DNA of 64,000 nt from an uncultured bacterium (GTDB taxonomy: Bacteria; Chloroflexota; UBA5177; JANWHV01): assembly GCA_963827235.1 (NCBI GenBank), contig CAWHAE010000012.1:576001-640000 (forward strand). The letters run 5' to 3'. A program made the translations under genes and the position numbers. Positions 30,373 to 40,170 of the stretch are shown one piece after another; the first letter of the stretch is position 1, and every line of letters starts with the position of its first letter. The notes beneath the pieces were generated by a model. It saw only the letters and a program-made list of their open reading frames with translations. It was not told the DNA's origin and made no database searches.

Positions 30373-33300
30373 ATGGAGACGCCGGATCTGCTCCCATTCC
30401 CGCTCAGCAAGCTGGCGCCGCCGGTAGCCCGGCGGCCGCCGATCGCGCGACCGCGCCTCTTCGCCCAGCTTGGAAGCGGGAGCCGCCTGCTCCTGGTCAC
30501 CGCTCCTGCCGGGTTCGGCAAGTCGTCCCTACTTGCCTCCTCGATCGCCGAGACCGACCGATCGCCCGACCTCTGGCGGCCTGCGCATGCCGCCGACCAT
30601 CGTTTCGTCTGGTACAGTCTCGACGAGGCCGACGCGGATCCCGGAAGGCTGGTCGACGGCCTGGCTGCGGCCTACGAGCGAGTGGCACCAGGCACAGGCG
30701 GACCGTCCCGGGAGATGCTGGCTGCCGGCGCAAATGTCTATGCCGCTCTGGCCTCGCTAGTGGCGCGGGCCGAGCAGGCTCCCACGACACTGGTCCTGGA
30801 CAATTGCCACAACCTCGAGGGGGCGGGTGAGGCGGAGCGCGCCCTCAGCTACCTGCTCGCGAACTGCCCTTCGGCGCACCGCATCGTGATCGCCGGTCGC
30901 GGTACGCCGGCCACTCCTGTTGTTGCCGCCCTGGCAGCCGGCGCCGTGCGCTCCCTTGGCCCGGACGATTTGCAGTTCGGCGACGACGAAGCGGCTGCGC
31001 TGGCCGCGTTGTACGGCGTGTCCGAGGACCGGGCTGCCGCCGTGGTGCAGCCGGCGGCAGGTTGGGCCATCGGCATTGTGCTGCTGGCACATGCCGGCGG
31101 TCGGGATGCCGCCATCCTGCAGCGCCCGATTGACGCGCTGGCCGACTACTTGATGAGCGAGATCGTCGACCGGCTGCCCGAGGCGTCACGCAGGTTCGTT
31201 CTGGAGAGCGCGCTGCTCGGAACATTCGATGCTGCGGCAGCCGACGCGATCCTGGAGCGCACGGACAGCGCACTCGTGATCGACGGCCTCCTCCGACGTG
31301 GCATCTTTCTGGACTGCTTCCCTTCGCAGGACGGATTCCTCACCCGCTATCACGATCTGTTTGCCGCAGCCATGGCCGGCCGCTTGCAGCGCCAGGAGCC
31401 CCGGCGATGCCGCGAGATTCACCGCCGTGCCTCCGACTACTATGCGGACGATCCTCATCGGGCCCTGGCACACGGCGCGCGCATGCACGACCCGGACTAC
31501 CTGGCGCAGCAGCTCGATCGCTACCTGCCCATGCTGCGCCGGGCCGGGCACTGGGAAGCTCTGGTCCGCTACGGGGAACAGCTCCCGGTCCGATTGCAGT
31601 CCCTGTTTCTCCAACGCGTGCTGTCGTTCGCTCATTACACTCGCGGCGACGATCGGGCCGCGCTGGCAGCTGCCGACCGCGTGTACGAGGCCGCGGTGGC
31701 CCAGGGAGATCGGGAAGCACGCTACTCGGCCCTCGTGTTGCGGGCGAACACGCACTTCAGACAGGAACGGTATGCCGAGCTCCTGCAGTACTGCCTACCT
31801 GCCCTCAGCGAGGCGCGCGCGGCCGGCTTTGCGCTGGGCGAATGCTGGCTGGCATGGAACGTTTCCAAGGCGCTCCTGCGTGAGGGCCGTGTGCGGGAAG
31901 GCCTGGCCATGGTGAGCCGCACGCTCGAGCTGTATCGCTCGCTACCCGGGCCATCGACACCGCTCTCCATGGCCTTCTACGAGCAGGACGTTGTCCCGAT
32001 ACTGCTCGAGACCGGCGATTGCGAGCGGGCGGAACGCTTGCTTGCCGATGCCGGGGCGATCGCGGGCGACTTCGACGACCGATCGCTCGTGCTGGCTTGT
32101 GAGGCGACGAGGGCGGAGATCCTTCTGTTGCGCGGAGAGTTCACGGCAGCGGCGGACCTCGCCGAGCGCGAGGTCTCGCTCACGGCGCGGGAGGGCAGTC
32201 CCATCGCGCACTACACGGCTCTGCGCGCCCACGCCCTCGCCTGCTCGGCGCTGAGGCGGCACGACGACGCACGGCGAACGCTCGACCGGTACGTGGACTT
32301 TGTCGTCACCTGGCCCGGCACCGTCCGGCTGCAGGCGGAGGTCACCCGCATCAGACTGGCATTGGCGGCGGGCGACTCGGGCGCCGCCCGCCGTGATCTG
32401 GCCGCTCTTGGTGCCCTGGATCCGCCCGAGCGTCTGGCGGCGGAGATCTCACTGGAGGCCGGGACGCTTGCCCTGCTGGAGGGGCGCGATCGCGACGCCG
32501 ACCGTCACCTCGGGTGTGCGGCGACCGTGCTGGCGCGATACGCCCGCCGTCCGGCGGCGGCACTGGCGCTGGTCCTGCGTGCTCAAGCCATGGTGCATCT
32601 GGGCAAGCAGGCACGCGCGGCGACCATGCTCGGCCAGGCGGGGGAGCTTGCCTGCGATGCGCAGTGGCTTCCGTGGCTCGTTCACCATTCGGCAATGGCG
32701 ATCGAGACGCTGCGGACCGTGGAGTCGTACTGGAGACTCCAGGGTAAGGCGCGCAAGCTCTATGAATCGCTGCTGGAGAGCGTGCCGAAGGCTGCCACGC
32801 AGACGGCCGTGCGGCGCCAGTCGCCTCCGGCCGCCGTAGGCACGCAGGATGGTTCTCTCGAGCCGATCGTCTTCAGCCCATTTGGCAGCGGCACCATGAC
32901 GCTGCATGAGGCCACCGTGCCGCTCTCCAGAATCGGAGGCGGGAAGGCCCAGGAGATGCTGGCCTATGCGATCTGGCAGGCTCGGCCTCTGCATCGCGAA
33001 GAGATACTGGAGGCGGTGTGGGATGGAAGGGTCGACGAGCAGTCGCTCAGCGCCTTGAGGAAGGCAGGCTATCAGATCCGTCGTCTGCTCGGCGAGCAGG
33101 CGTGGCAGCGCGCTAAGAGCATCTACACCTTCATGCCGCCTGTGGACGATGCCTATCGCTCGCTGCTGGCGACAGCAGTGGGCATTCGCGACCTGAAAGG
33201 GACGCCGGCCGAGGTCGCCGTCTTGGCCGCCCGGGCGCTCGCCAACTACTCGGCACCCTACTTGAGCTGGTGCTACAGCGACTGGGTGGAGGAGCCGCGC

Positions 33301-33585
33301 AGCCTGGCGGAGACGGCGGCGCTGGCTCTGATCGAGGCGCTGGCGCAGGCACGCAGGGAGCTCGGACAGCCACTGATGGCGCTGGAGGCACTTGAGCGCG
33401 GACTGGCCATGCAGCCCTACAACGAGTCGCTGCGGCGAGCGCACGTACAGCAACTGCTCGAGCTGGGCAAGCCGGTCGACGCCGCAGCAAGCTACCAGCG
33501 CCATCTTCGCGTGCTGAAGGATGAGGATCTGGGCGCGCCGTCGAGCGAGTTCCTCACACTGCGCTCGGCACTACCGACGGCGTAG
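30373..33585 (+). CDS. MalT-like STAND ATPase + TPR-like sensor + wHTH + BTAD transcriptional regulator
   Basis: GGAGG RBS; KLAPP..RPRL, APAGFGKS, WYSLDEAD.DP, LVLDNCH, GWAIG, RYHDLF; C-terminal HREEILEAVW, DWVEEPR, PYNE. Confidence 0.87.
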   Translation: METPDLLPFPLSKLAPPVARRPPIARPRLFAQLGSGSRLLLVTAPAGFGKSSLLASSIAETDRSPDLWRPAHAADHRFVWYSLDEADADPGRLVDGLAAAYERVAPGTGGPSREMLAAGANVYAALASLVARAEQAPTTLVLDNCHNLEGAGEAERALSYLLANCPSAHRIVIAGRGTPATPVVAALAAGAVRSLGPDDLQFGDDEAAALAALYGVSEDRAAAVVQPAAGWAIGIVLLAHAGGRDAAILQRPIDALADYLMSEIVDRLPEASRRFVLESALLGTFDAAAADAILERTDSALVIDGLLRRGIFLDCFPSQDGFLTRYHDLFAAAMAGRLQRQEPRRCREIHRRASDYYADDPHRALAHGARMHDPDYLAQQLDRYLPMLRRAGHWEALVRYGEQLPVRLQSLFLQRVLSFAHYTRGDDRAALAAADRVYEAAVAQGDREARYSALVLRANTHFRQERYAELLQYCLPALSEARAAGFALGECWLAWNVSKALLREGRVREGLAMVSRTLELYRSLPGPSTPLSMAFYEQDVVPILLETGDCERAERLLADAGAIAGDFDDRSLVLACEATRAEILLLRGEFTAAADLAEREVSLTAREGSPIAHYTALRAHALACSALRRHDDARRTLDRYVDFVVTWPGTVRLQAEVTRIRLALAAGDSGAARRDLAALGALDPPERLAAEISLEAGTLALLEGRDRDADRHLGCAATVLARYARRPAAALALVLRAQAMVHLGKQARAATMLGQAGELACDAQWLPWLVHHSAMAIETLRTVESYWRLQGKARKLYESLLESVPKAATQTAVRRQSPPAAVGTQDGSLEPIVFSPFGSGTMTLHEATVPLSRIGGGKAQEMLAYAIWQARPLHREEILEAVWDGRVDEQSLSALRKAGYQIRRLLGEQAWQRAKSIYTFMPPVDDAYRSLLATAVGIRDLKGTPAEVAVLAARALANYSAPYLSWCYSDWVEEPRSLAETAALALIEALAQARRELGQPLMALEALERGLAMQPYNESLRRAHVQQLLELGKPVDAAASYQRHLRVLKDEDLGAPSSEFLTLRSALPTA

Positions 33586-33590
33586 TGAGG

Positions 33591-36548
33591 TCACGGGCTT
33601 GTCACGATCACGTTGTCGTATTCCGGCGTGTTCGCAGTGCGCAGCCCGATCTCGCCGCTTGCCAGGCTGCCGTCCGTCACCGTGGCGACCACGGTGCCGC
33701 CGATCGAGGCAGAGATGGTCGTGCCGCTGAAGGATAGCTTCAGCGTATACCACGTGCCGGTCACGGGAGTAAAGCTTCCGGATGCAAGCTGGGTAAAGGC
33801 GCCGCCCACCCGCTTCGCCAACTGCCACCGCGTGCCGTCGTGCAGCAGCAGTATATAGGCGTCGTTGAAATCGTGCCAGCGACCGGCGATGCCGAAGGGC
33901 GCCGCGCCACCCGGTGCTTTGACGCTGACGGACATGGTGTAGTTGGTCCATGTGGGATTGCCCGTGGTGAGCTCCGCGGTGTTGCTGATCGCGGCAGTTT
34001 GCTGGACCACGTGTGTTTGGTCCTGTACCACGCGCCAGGTACCGCCGCTCGAGGACACCCAGTTGGCCGGTAGTGCGCCAACGGCGTCGGACTCGAAGCT
34101 GTCGGTCAGCAAAGTCCCGCTCGTCGTCGGCGTATTGGTCGCGGTGGCACTGGGCGTGGCCGAGGCGGTCGCTGTTACCGTCGGGGTCGCCGTAGCACTG
34201 GGCGTGCTGGTGGGGCTCGGCGTGGCGGCCGCGCCCGTCCCGGTGACCAGCACGTTGTCGTACTCGGGAGTGTTCAGTGTGTGGAAGCCGACCAGACCGC
34301 TGGTCAGACTGCCATCCTTGACTGTGGCGACCACGGTGCCGCCTATCGAGGCAGTGATGGTCGTGCCGCTGAAGGCGAGCGTCAGGGTGTACCAGGATCC
34401 GGTTACCGGGGTGAACGTGCCGGAGCCAAGCTGGGAGAACGTGCCGCCCACCCGCTTGGCGAGCTGCCACTTGGTGCCGTCCCGCAAGAGCAGCATATAG
34501 GTGTCGTTGAAGTCGTGCCAGCGCCCGAGAATACCGAACGGGTTGGTGCCACCGGGTGCTTTGACGTCGGCCGAGAATGTGTAGTCGGTCCAGGCGGCAT
34601 TGCCGGCCGTGAGTTCGGCGGCAGTGGACACCGTGGCGGTCTCGGTCACGCTGTGGGACTGATCCTGCACCACGCTCCATGTGCCTCCCGTCGCGGTCCA
34701 GCCGGTCGGGGCGGCGCCGATCGAATCGGCCTCAAAGTTGTCGGAGAACAGGGTGCCGCCCGGAAGCGGCGTGTTCGTGGCGACCGGCGTGACAGGGGTA
34801 TTCGTCGTGGTAGGCGTGGCGGTCGTGGTGGGTGTGGACGACGACGACAGCAGGCCGTAAACGTTGAGGTAGCCGGAGAACGTGGCCAGGTAGACCTTGC
34901 CGTTGGCCACCGTCGGCGCCACGAACTTGGCCCGGTCTCCCACTGCATCGCGGGCCGCGTTCTGATCGCTGTCCCAGAGCTCTTTGCTCAAGTCGGAAGC
35001 GTCGAAGGCTCGCAGAATGCCGGTGCGAGTCTGCGTGTCGCTGCTACCGCTGCTGGGCATCGCTGCCCACAGAATGCCGGTACCTGCGGTGGTGCCGTTT
35101 GCCGATAGCGACATCTGGCCCGCCCCTGTCGTCAGGGCCGTCACCGTGCTCTGTGTGTTCGGCGTGGTGGCAAACAGGCCGCCGGTGAAGCGGAACTGCT
35201 TGAGGCGATCGCTGTCGCCCGACGTGTACATGAACGGCCCGTTGGGCCCGTTCCAGTACACGGGGCTGCCGCCGATGTGCATGTCGCTGCCTGGAGTCAC
35301 CTGGAACTCCTGGTGCACGAGGTCGCCCGTGGCGTTGAAGTGCCCCATATTCCCCGTGTCCACGACGTAGAGCTTGCCCTCCTTGCCGCCGCCTACCACG
35401 TAGCTGGTGCCGGGCAGAAGCAGGACTCCCGAGGAGCCCAGGTCAAGATCCTGGTTGTTCAGGTTTACCTGGTCGCTGGGAGAGAAGTAGTCGGTCACGG
35501 CGCCTGCCGGGCTTACCTTCACGAAGCTGTCGCCGTAGCTGGCCCCGCCGCTGCCGATCGTGAGAGCGCCGTTGCCGGTCATGGCATAGATGTTGCCGGC
35601 GGCATCGGCCGCCGGGCCTTCGCCGCTCTGCCAGATGCCCGCGGCCTGCGTGTCCGGCGACAGGTTGACCACTACCGTCTGCGCGAGCGTGGCGGCGTTG
35701 TATCCGAGCAGCCAGCCGTTGTAGGGTTCCTGCTCGCCATGTCCGGCAAAGCCGATGTAGACGTTGCCGTTGACCAGCAGCAGCGCGGAGCGCTGAAGCT
35801 GCTTGAAGGCGCGGAACGTGATCACGCCCTTATTGCTGTTTCCGCCGGTACCGGGTACGGTCGCCGCGATGACGACCGGGCCGCCAAACTTCTCGGCGCC
35901 CGTGCGGATGTCGAGCGCGTGCAGGCGGAAGTAGTAGGTGGCCGTGCCGTTGACCATCTCTTTCGTGAAGGCCACCGCGTACAACGTATTGCTGGCCGGG
36001 TCGATGACCGGCGTGCTGAGGATACCTACCTCGACGGCGATATCGTGAAAACCGGTACCGAAGTCGACCGCCGGGGAAGACGGGCCGAGATTGGTGCTCC
36101 AGAGCGGAGTAGTCTGTGCCGGATCATCGGCGTCGAAGGCGTAGACCGTGTTGTGCATGGTCGCTACGTAGACGACGTTGTGGGTACCCCCGGCGATGGA
36201 GACGTCCGGCACGTAGAGCGGCTGAGCATAGATCTGCCCGTCTACCGGTCGCTTGAACAGCAGACCAAACCCGGCCACGTTGACGTTCGATGTGGTGAGG
36301 ATCGACTCGTTCAGGTTGTCACCCGAACGGTTGTTGTCGTTATGCTGTGTCAGCACGCTGGCCAGGCCGGCCGCCTTGCTGGTCGAAGGATCGAGTATCG
36401 TCAGCCTGGGCGCCATGGCGGCGATCACCGCCGCGGCGAGTAACCAGAGGAACATCGAGCGCCGGAGCAGCCCGCTCCGCGGAGTTCTGCCCGGCCATAC
36501 CGGAGACGCGCTACCGTGGGTTGCTGGATTGTGCATCTGGCTTCTCAT
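33591..36548 (-). CDS. Secreted PQQ-like beta-propeller protein with Thr/Pro linkers and two ConA/DUF1080-like domains
   Basis: VLTQHNDNNRSG, VDGQIYAQPLY, DLDLGSSG, KFVAPTVANGKVY; two near-duplicate FSDNFE..EYDNV domains. Confidence 0.8.
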   Translation of the reverse strand: MRSQMHNPATHGSASPVWPGRTPRSGLLRRSMFLWLLAAAVIAAMAPRLTILDPSTSKAAGLASVLTQHNDNNRSGDNLNESILTTSNVNVAGFGLLFKRPVDGQIYAQPLYVPDVSIAGGTHNVVYVATMHNTVYAFDADDPAQTTPLWSTNLGPSSPAVDFGTGFHDIAVEVGILSTPVIDPASNTLYAVAFTKEMVNGTATYYFRLHALDIRTGAEKFGGPVVIAATVPGTGGNSNKGVITFRAFKQLQRSALLLVNGNVYIGFAGHGEQEPYNGWLLGYNAATLAQTVVVNLSPDTQAAGIWQSGEGPAADAAGNIYAMTGNGALTIGSGGASYGDSFVKVSPAGAVTDYFSPSDQVNLNNQDLDLGSSGVLLLPGTSYVVGGGKEGKLYVVDTGNMGHFNATGDLVHQEFQVTPGSDMHIGGSPVYWNGPNGPFMYTSGDSDRLKQFRFTGGLFATTPNTQSTVTALTTGAGQMSLSANGTTAGTGILWAAMPSSGSSDTQTRTGILRAFDASDLSKELWDSDQNAARDAVGDRAKFVAPTVANGKVYLATFSGYLNVYGLLSSSSTPTTTATPTTTNTPVTPVATNTPLPGGTLFSDNFEADSIGAAPTGWTATGGTWSVVQDQSHSVTETATVSTAAELTAGNAAWTDYTFSADVKAPGGTNPFGILGRWHDFNDTYMLLLRDGTKWQLAKRVGGTFSQLGSGTFTPVTGSWYTLTLAFSGTTITASIGGTVVATVKDGSLTSGLVGFHTLNTPEYDNVLVTGTGAAATPSPTSTPSATATPTVTATASATPSATATNTPTTSGTLLTDSFESDAVGALPANWVSSSGGTWRVVQDQTHVVQQTAAISNTAELTTGNPTWTNYTMSVSVKAPGGAAPFGIAGRWHDFNDAYILLLHDGTRWQLAKRVGGAFTQLASGSFTPVTGTWYTLKLSFSGTTISASIGGTVVATVTDGSLASGEIGLRTANTPEYDNVIVTSP

Positions 36549-36556
36549 CCGTTCGA

Positions 36557-37684
36557 CTATGACGCCATCGAGGCGAACCACTTGGCCACCACCCGGCCGG
36601 TTGCAGTCTGCGAGCCCGTGTAGAGATCGATCGCCCGCTCGGGAGCGGTTGGGCTATTGCCGCTGAGCTGCCAGTATTCGACGCCCGCGATATACGATTG
36701 TTGCGCCATCCAGCCCATGATGCGATCGGTCGTGTTCGCCGTTGCGGGCTGGGCGCCGCTTTCAATGGTGTCGCCCCATTCGACCACGATTGGCTTGTGG
36801 AACGCGTTCCAGCTCGCTTGCAACTGGGAGGTGAAGCGCGTGAAGTCGATCGTGAAATGGTCGACGTTGTAGACGCTGGAGTAGGTGAGGGCCTGCGGCG
36901 TGACATAAGAATAGGAATCGCCGGCAAGGCCGAACCAGCCCGAGGCCACATTCTTGCCGATGCGCTGGAACGCAGCCTGGTCGACACGGCCAAAATCGCT
37001 CAGCCACTGATTGAAGGCGGCCGTGGACGGAAACTGGCAAACCTGCTTCGGGCAATGGGCCGCCGATGTGCCGGCAGGTCCGTTGGCGATGCCGTCGTTC
37101 TGCGGCTCGCCGAACGGCTCGAAGATGTCGCCATCCTGGAACAGATCGGCGTGGCGCAGGATCCACTGGAAGGTCATGCCCATATAGGACGTGGTGTCGG
37201 TGCCTTGCAGTACCGCCGAAACTCCGCCGCTAGTCTCATACGGTATGGCAGGGCTGGTGCTGTACGAGAGCTTGGCCATGCCGAAGCCGCCGGCCCAGTG
37301 ATTCCAGTTGCCGCGGTAGATCACGTGCAGGCCGGCGGCGTGTATGGTGCGCGTCCAGGCTCGCAAGTACTGGTCCGGCGATAGCGGACCTACGTGGCAG
37401 CTGAAACCCGAGGCGTCGTCAAGCGGCACGCTCTCTGAGGCGAGGTTGGCGTGGAACTGGGCCACGTAGCCCACCAGCCGCGTGATGGCGGCCTGACCGT
37501 ATTGGCTACAAACGGTGTCGTGTGAGAGGCTCGTCAAGCCCATGTCGCGCACCGACCAGCCGCGTGTCGTCCTGGATTCCCATGCCATCGCACTGGTGGG
37601 GTGGGCGCCGCAGAGCGGAAGGACCACCACGGCCAGAGTGGCAACCAAGCGGTCGATCTTGCCGAAGCGTGAGCGTATTGCCAT
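36557..37684 (-). CDS. Secreted putative clan GH-A-like glycoside hydrolase
   Basis: Signal peptide; AAGLHVIYRG, DLFQDGDIFEPFGEPQN, KPIVVEWG, GVEYW. Confidence 0.6.
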   Translation of the reverse strand: MAIRSRFGKIDRLVATLAVVVLPLCGAHPTSAMAWESRTTRGWSVRDMGLTSLSHDTVCSQYGQAAITRLVGYVAQFHANLASESVPLDDASGFSCHVGPLSPDQYLRAWTRTIHAAGLHVIYRGNWNHWAGGFGMAKLSYSTSPAIPYETSGGVSAVLQGTDTTSYMGMTFQWILRHADLFQDGDIFEPFGEPQNDGIANGPAGTSAAHCPKQVCQFPSTAAFNQWLSDFGRVDQAAFQRIGKNVASGWFGLAGDSYSYVTPQALTYSSVYNVDHFTIDFTRFTSQLQASWNAFHKPIVVEWGDTIESGAQPATANTTDRIMGWMAQQSYIAGVEYWQLSGNSPTAPERAIDLYTGSQTATGRVVAKWFASMAS

Positions 37685-38057
37685 GTGCACACCAATCTGG
37701 GCAGCGTCGAACGGTAGATGTAAAGCGTGGTGAATCGTTCTCCCGAGACCGCAGCTTCCGGCGAACGTTGCCGAAGCATGCGGCGCCGGGTCGAGGGACA
37801 TGGAGCGATGGCACGGCTGTGAACCCGCCTCGATTCATCGTAAAGGACGACCCGGGCGGCATGGAGCACCTGATCGGATATCAGTTCCACGCCATGCGTA
37901 TGTGAAACAATCTCTTCCGATCGACCCGATGGTCGTGCCGGCGGGATTGCTCGCGGTGTCAGTCGCCGCGATTGTAGACTTTGCGGAGCCACTGCTTGGC
38001 TGCTGAACGCCCCATTTCCGCGGCCCGTTCATCGCCGTATGATGCGCACGGATACGC

Positions 38058-38927
38058 ATGCCGCCGGCGATAGGACTACATGTGACCGTCTCGCTGCCTC
38101 CGGATACACGGGGTCGTACGCCTACCTCGCGGGCCCAGTTCCTGCGGGGCGCGTGCATTCTCGTGCTGGCCGTGCTCCTTGGAGCGGCCGGCGCATTGCT
38201 CGCCTACCATCCGGCCGCCCCCGAGCGGACGGCGGGCGTGGCTGCCGTCCGCATCCTCTTCGTCGGCAACAGCTACACCTACGTGAACGACCTGCCCGGC
38301 ACGGTGTCGAGCTTGTCCGCTGCCGGCGGGCATCCGGTCGAGACCGCCACGCTGGCCGAAGGAGGATGGACGCTCGCTCAGCATGAGGCCTCGCCCGAGA
38401 CAGGCGCCATGCTGCGGCAGCATAAGTGGGACTACGTGGTACTGCAGGAACAGAGCGAGATTCCGGCAAGCCCCTATTCCAGGACGACGGTCATGTATCC
38501 GGCCGTGCGGCAGCTCGTGAGCCAGGTCCGGGCTGCCGGCTCCCAGCCGATCCTGTTCCTCACCTGGGGGCATCGGGACGGCTGGCCCCAGGCAGGCTAC
38601 CAGAGCTTCTCGACCATGCAGGACCAGCTCACGGCAGGCTACCTGGGGATCGCGCAGGAACTGCAGGTTCCCGTATCTCCGGCAGGTGAGGCTTGGCGGC
38701 GGGTGAGGGCATCCGCGCCCACACTGGACCTGTGGCAGGAGGACGGCAGCCATCCCACTACCGCGGGCACTTACCTGGCCGCATGCGTGTTCTACGCTAC
38801 AATCTTCCGGCAGAGCCCGCTGGGGCTGAGCTACGGTGACGGCCTCGAGGCGGGCACCTCGCGGACCCTGCAGAGCCTGGCCGCCGGCACCGTCCTGTCC
38901 GACCCACCGATCTGGTACCTGCGCTAG
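38058..38927 (+). CDS. SGNH/GDSL hydrolase (DUF4886-like), membrane-anchored or secreted
   Basis: LFVGNSYT, WDYVVLQEQS, DGSHP. Confidence 0.85.
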   Translation: MPPAIGLHVTVSLPPDTRGRTPTSRAQFLRGACILVLAVLLGAAGALLAYHPAAPERTAGVAAVRILFVGNSYTYVNDLPGTVSSLSAAGGHPVETATLAEGGWTLAQHEASPETGAMLRQHKWDYVVLQEQSEIPASPYSRTTVMYPAVRQLVSQVRAAGSQPILFLTWGHRDGWPQAGYQSFSTMQDQLTAGYLGIAQELQVPVSPAGEAWRRVRASAPTLDLWQEDGSHPTTAGTYLAACVFYATIFRQSPLGLSYGDGLEAGTSRTLQSLAAGTVLSDPPIWYLR

Positions 38928-39176
38928 GGCACTTGCCGAACAGCAAACATGGCTGCGCCAAGGCCGGGCAGGCCGATGCCACGCGCGTGATTGGCGCCGA
39001 ACCCTCGACCCGAGTTTTGCGCGAGTATGCCGAGACCGGAAGGCGAGGTTCCCCGCCGTCATGCGCCTGGCGGGCAGTCTGTCTCGGCCGTACGCGCACG
39101 CGCACGCGCGCATCAGCTGTTGGCTTGTGTACCACATGCTATACTCGAACCTGGACCAATACGATGCGAAGGTCCG

Positions 39177-39265
39177 CCGCTAGGGGTGCGCGCAGGCGCT
39201 GAGAGGTGGCTATAAGCCATCAACCCTCCGAACCTGATCCGGTTAGTACCGGCGAAGGGAAGCCG
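39177..39265 (+). ncRNA. TPP riboswitch
   Basis: AGGGGTGC..GCTGAGAG..ACCC..GAACCTGATCCGGTTAGTACCGGCGAAGGGA consensus; upstream of thiamine genes. Confidence 0.93.
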
Positions 39266-39286
39266 CAACGGCGCTCAAGGAGGATG

Positions 39287-39325
39287 GGCCGCCGGCTCCC
39301 AGCAACGGGAACCGGCGGCCTTCGC
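39287..39325 (+). terminator. Hairpin of the riboswitch expression platform
   Basis: GGCCGCCGGCTCCC-agcaac-GGGAACCGGCGGCC followed by TTCGC. Confidence 0.5.
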
Positions 39326-39369
39326 GTTGCAGTGGATGAATCCGCTGCTGCCGGAAGGAGCGCCGGTCT

Positions 39370-40170
39370 ATGCTATCGCCGTACGTCTACGTGGAGCGTG
39401 TGAGCCACGCCTTTGCCCGTGGCCGGGATCCTGCCGTCGAGGCGTTGCGCGACGTCTCGTTCACGGTCGAGCGGGGTGAGTTTGCCAGCCTGGTCGGGCC
39501 CAGCGGTTGCGGCAAGAGCACCCTGCTGCGCCTGCTGGCCGGGCTCCTGCAGCCCACGCGAGGCAACCTGACGGTCGGAGACGCACCCACCGGCCGGCTT
39601 CTGGGGGCCGCCGGGTACATGCCGCAGCGCGACCTCCTGATGCCCTGGCGCACGGTAATCGACAATGCTACCGTGGCATTGGAGTTCGCCGGCGTGCCGC
39701 GCCGCGCCGCTCGGGAGCGTGCCCGGGCGCTGCTGCCCACGTTCGGTCTGGAGGCCTTCGAGACGGCGCGCCCCGCGTCGCTCTCCGGCGGTATGCGCCA
39801 GCGCGTATCGCTGCTGCGCACCGTCCTGGCCGGGCACCGCCTGCTGCTGCTCGACGAGCCCTTCGGCGCCCTGGACGCTATCACACGCGCCGAGCTGCAC
39901 GAATGGCTGGTCGACGTGCTCGCCGGGCTCGAGGCTACCGTGATCCTGGTCACCCACGACCTGGATGAAGCGGCGTTCCTCTCCGATCGCGTCTACGTGA
40001 TGACCGAGCGCCCCGGGCGTATCGCCGCTTCCGTAGCGGTTCCCATCCCGCGGCCCCGTACCTACGAGGCCACCACCACCGGCCAGTTCGTTGACATAAA
40101 GCGATCGCTGTTGGAGGCTTTGCGCGCGGCTCGAAGGCCGTTGCCTGCCGCGGCCGGAGGTGGGCGATGA
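39370..40170 (+). CDS. thiZ: ABC ATP-binding protein of the HMP/thiamine-precursor transporter
   Basis: GPSGCGKS, LSGGMRQR, LLLDEPFGALD; TPP context. Confidence 0.8.
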   Translation: MLSPYVYVERVSHAFARGRDPAVEALRDVSFTVERGEFASLVGPSGCGKSTLLRLLAGLLQPTRGNLTVGDAPTGRLLGAAGYMPQRDLLMPWRTVIDNATVALEFAGVPRRAARERARALLPTFGLEAFETARPASLSGGMRQRVSLLRTVLAGHRLLLLDEPFGALDAITRAELHEWLVDVLAGLEATVILVTHDLDEAAFLSDRVYVMTERPGRIAASVAVPIPRPRTYEATTTGQFVDIKRSLLEALRAARRPLPAAAGGGR

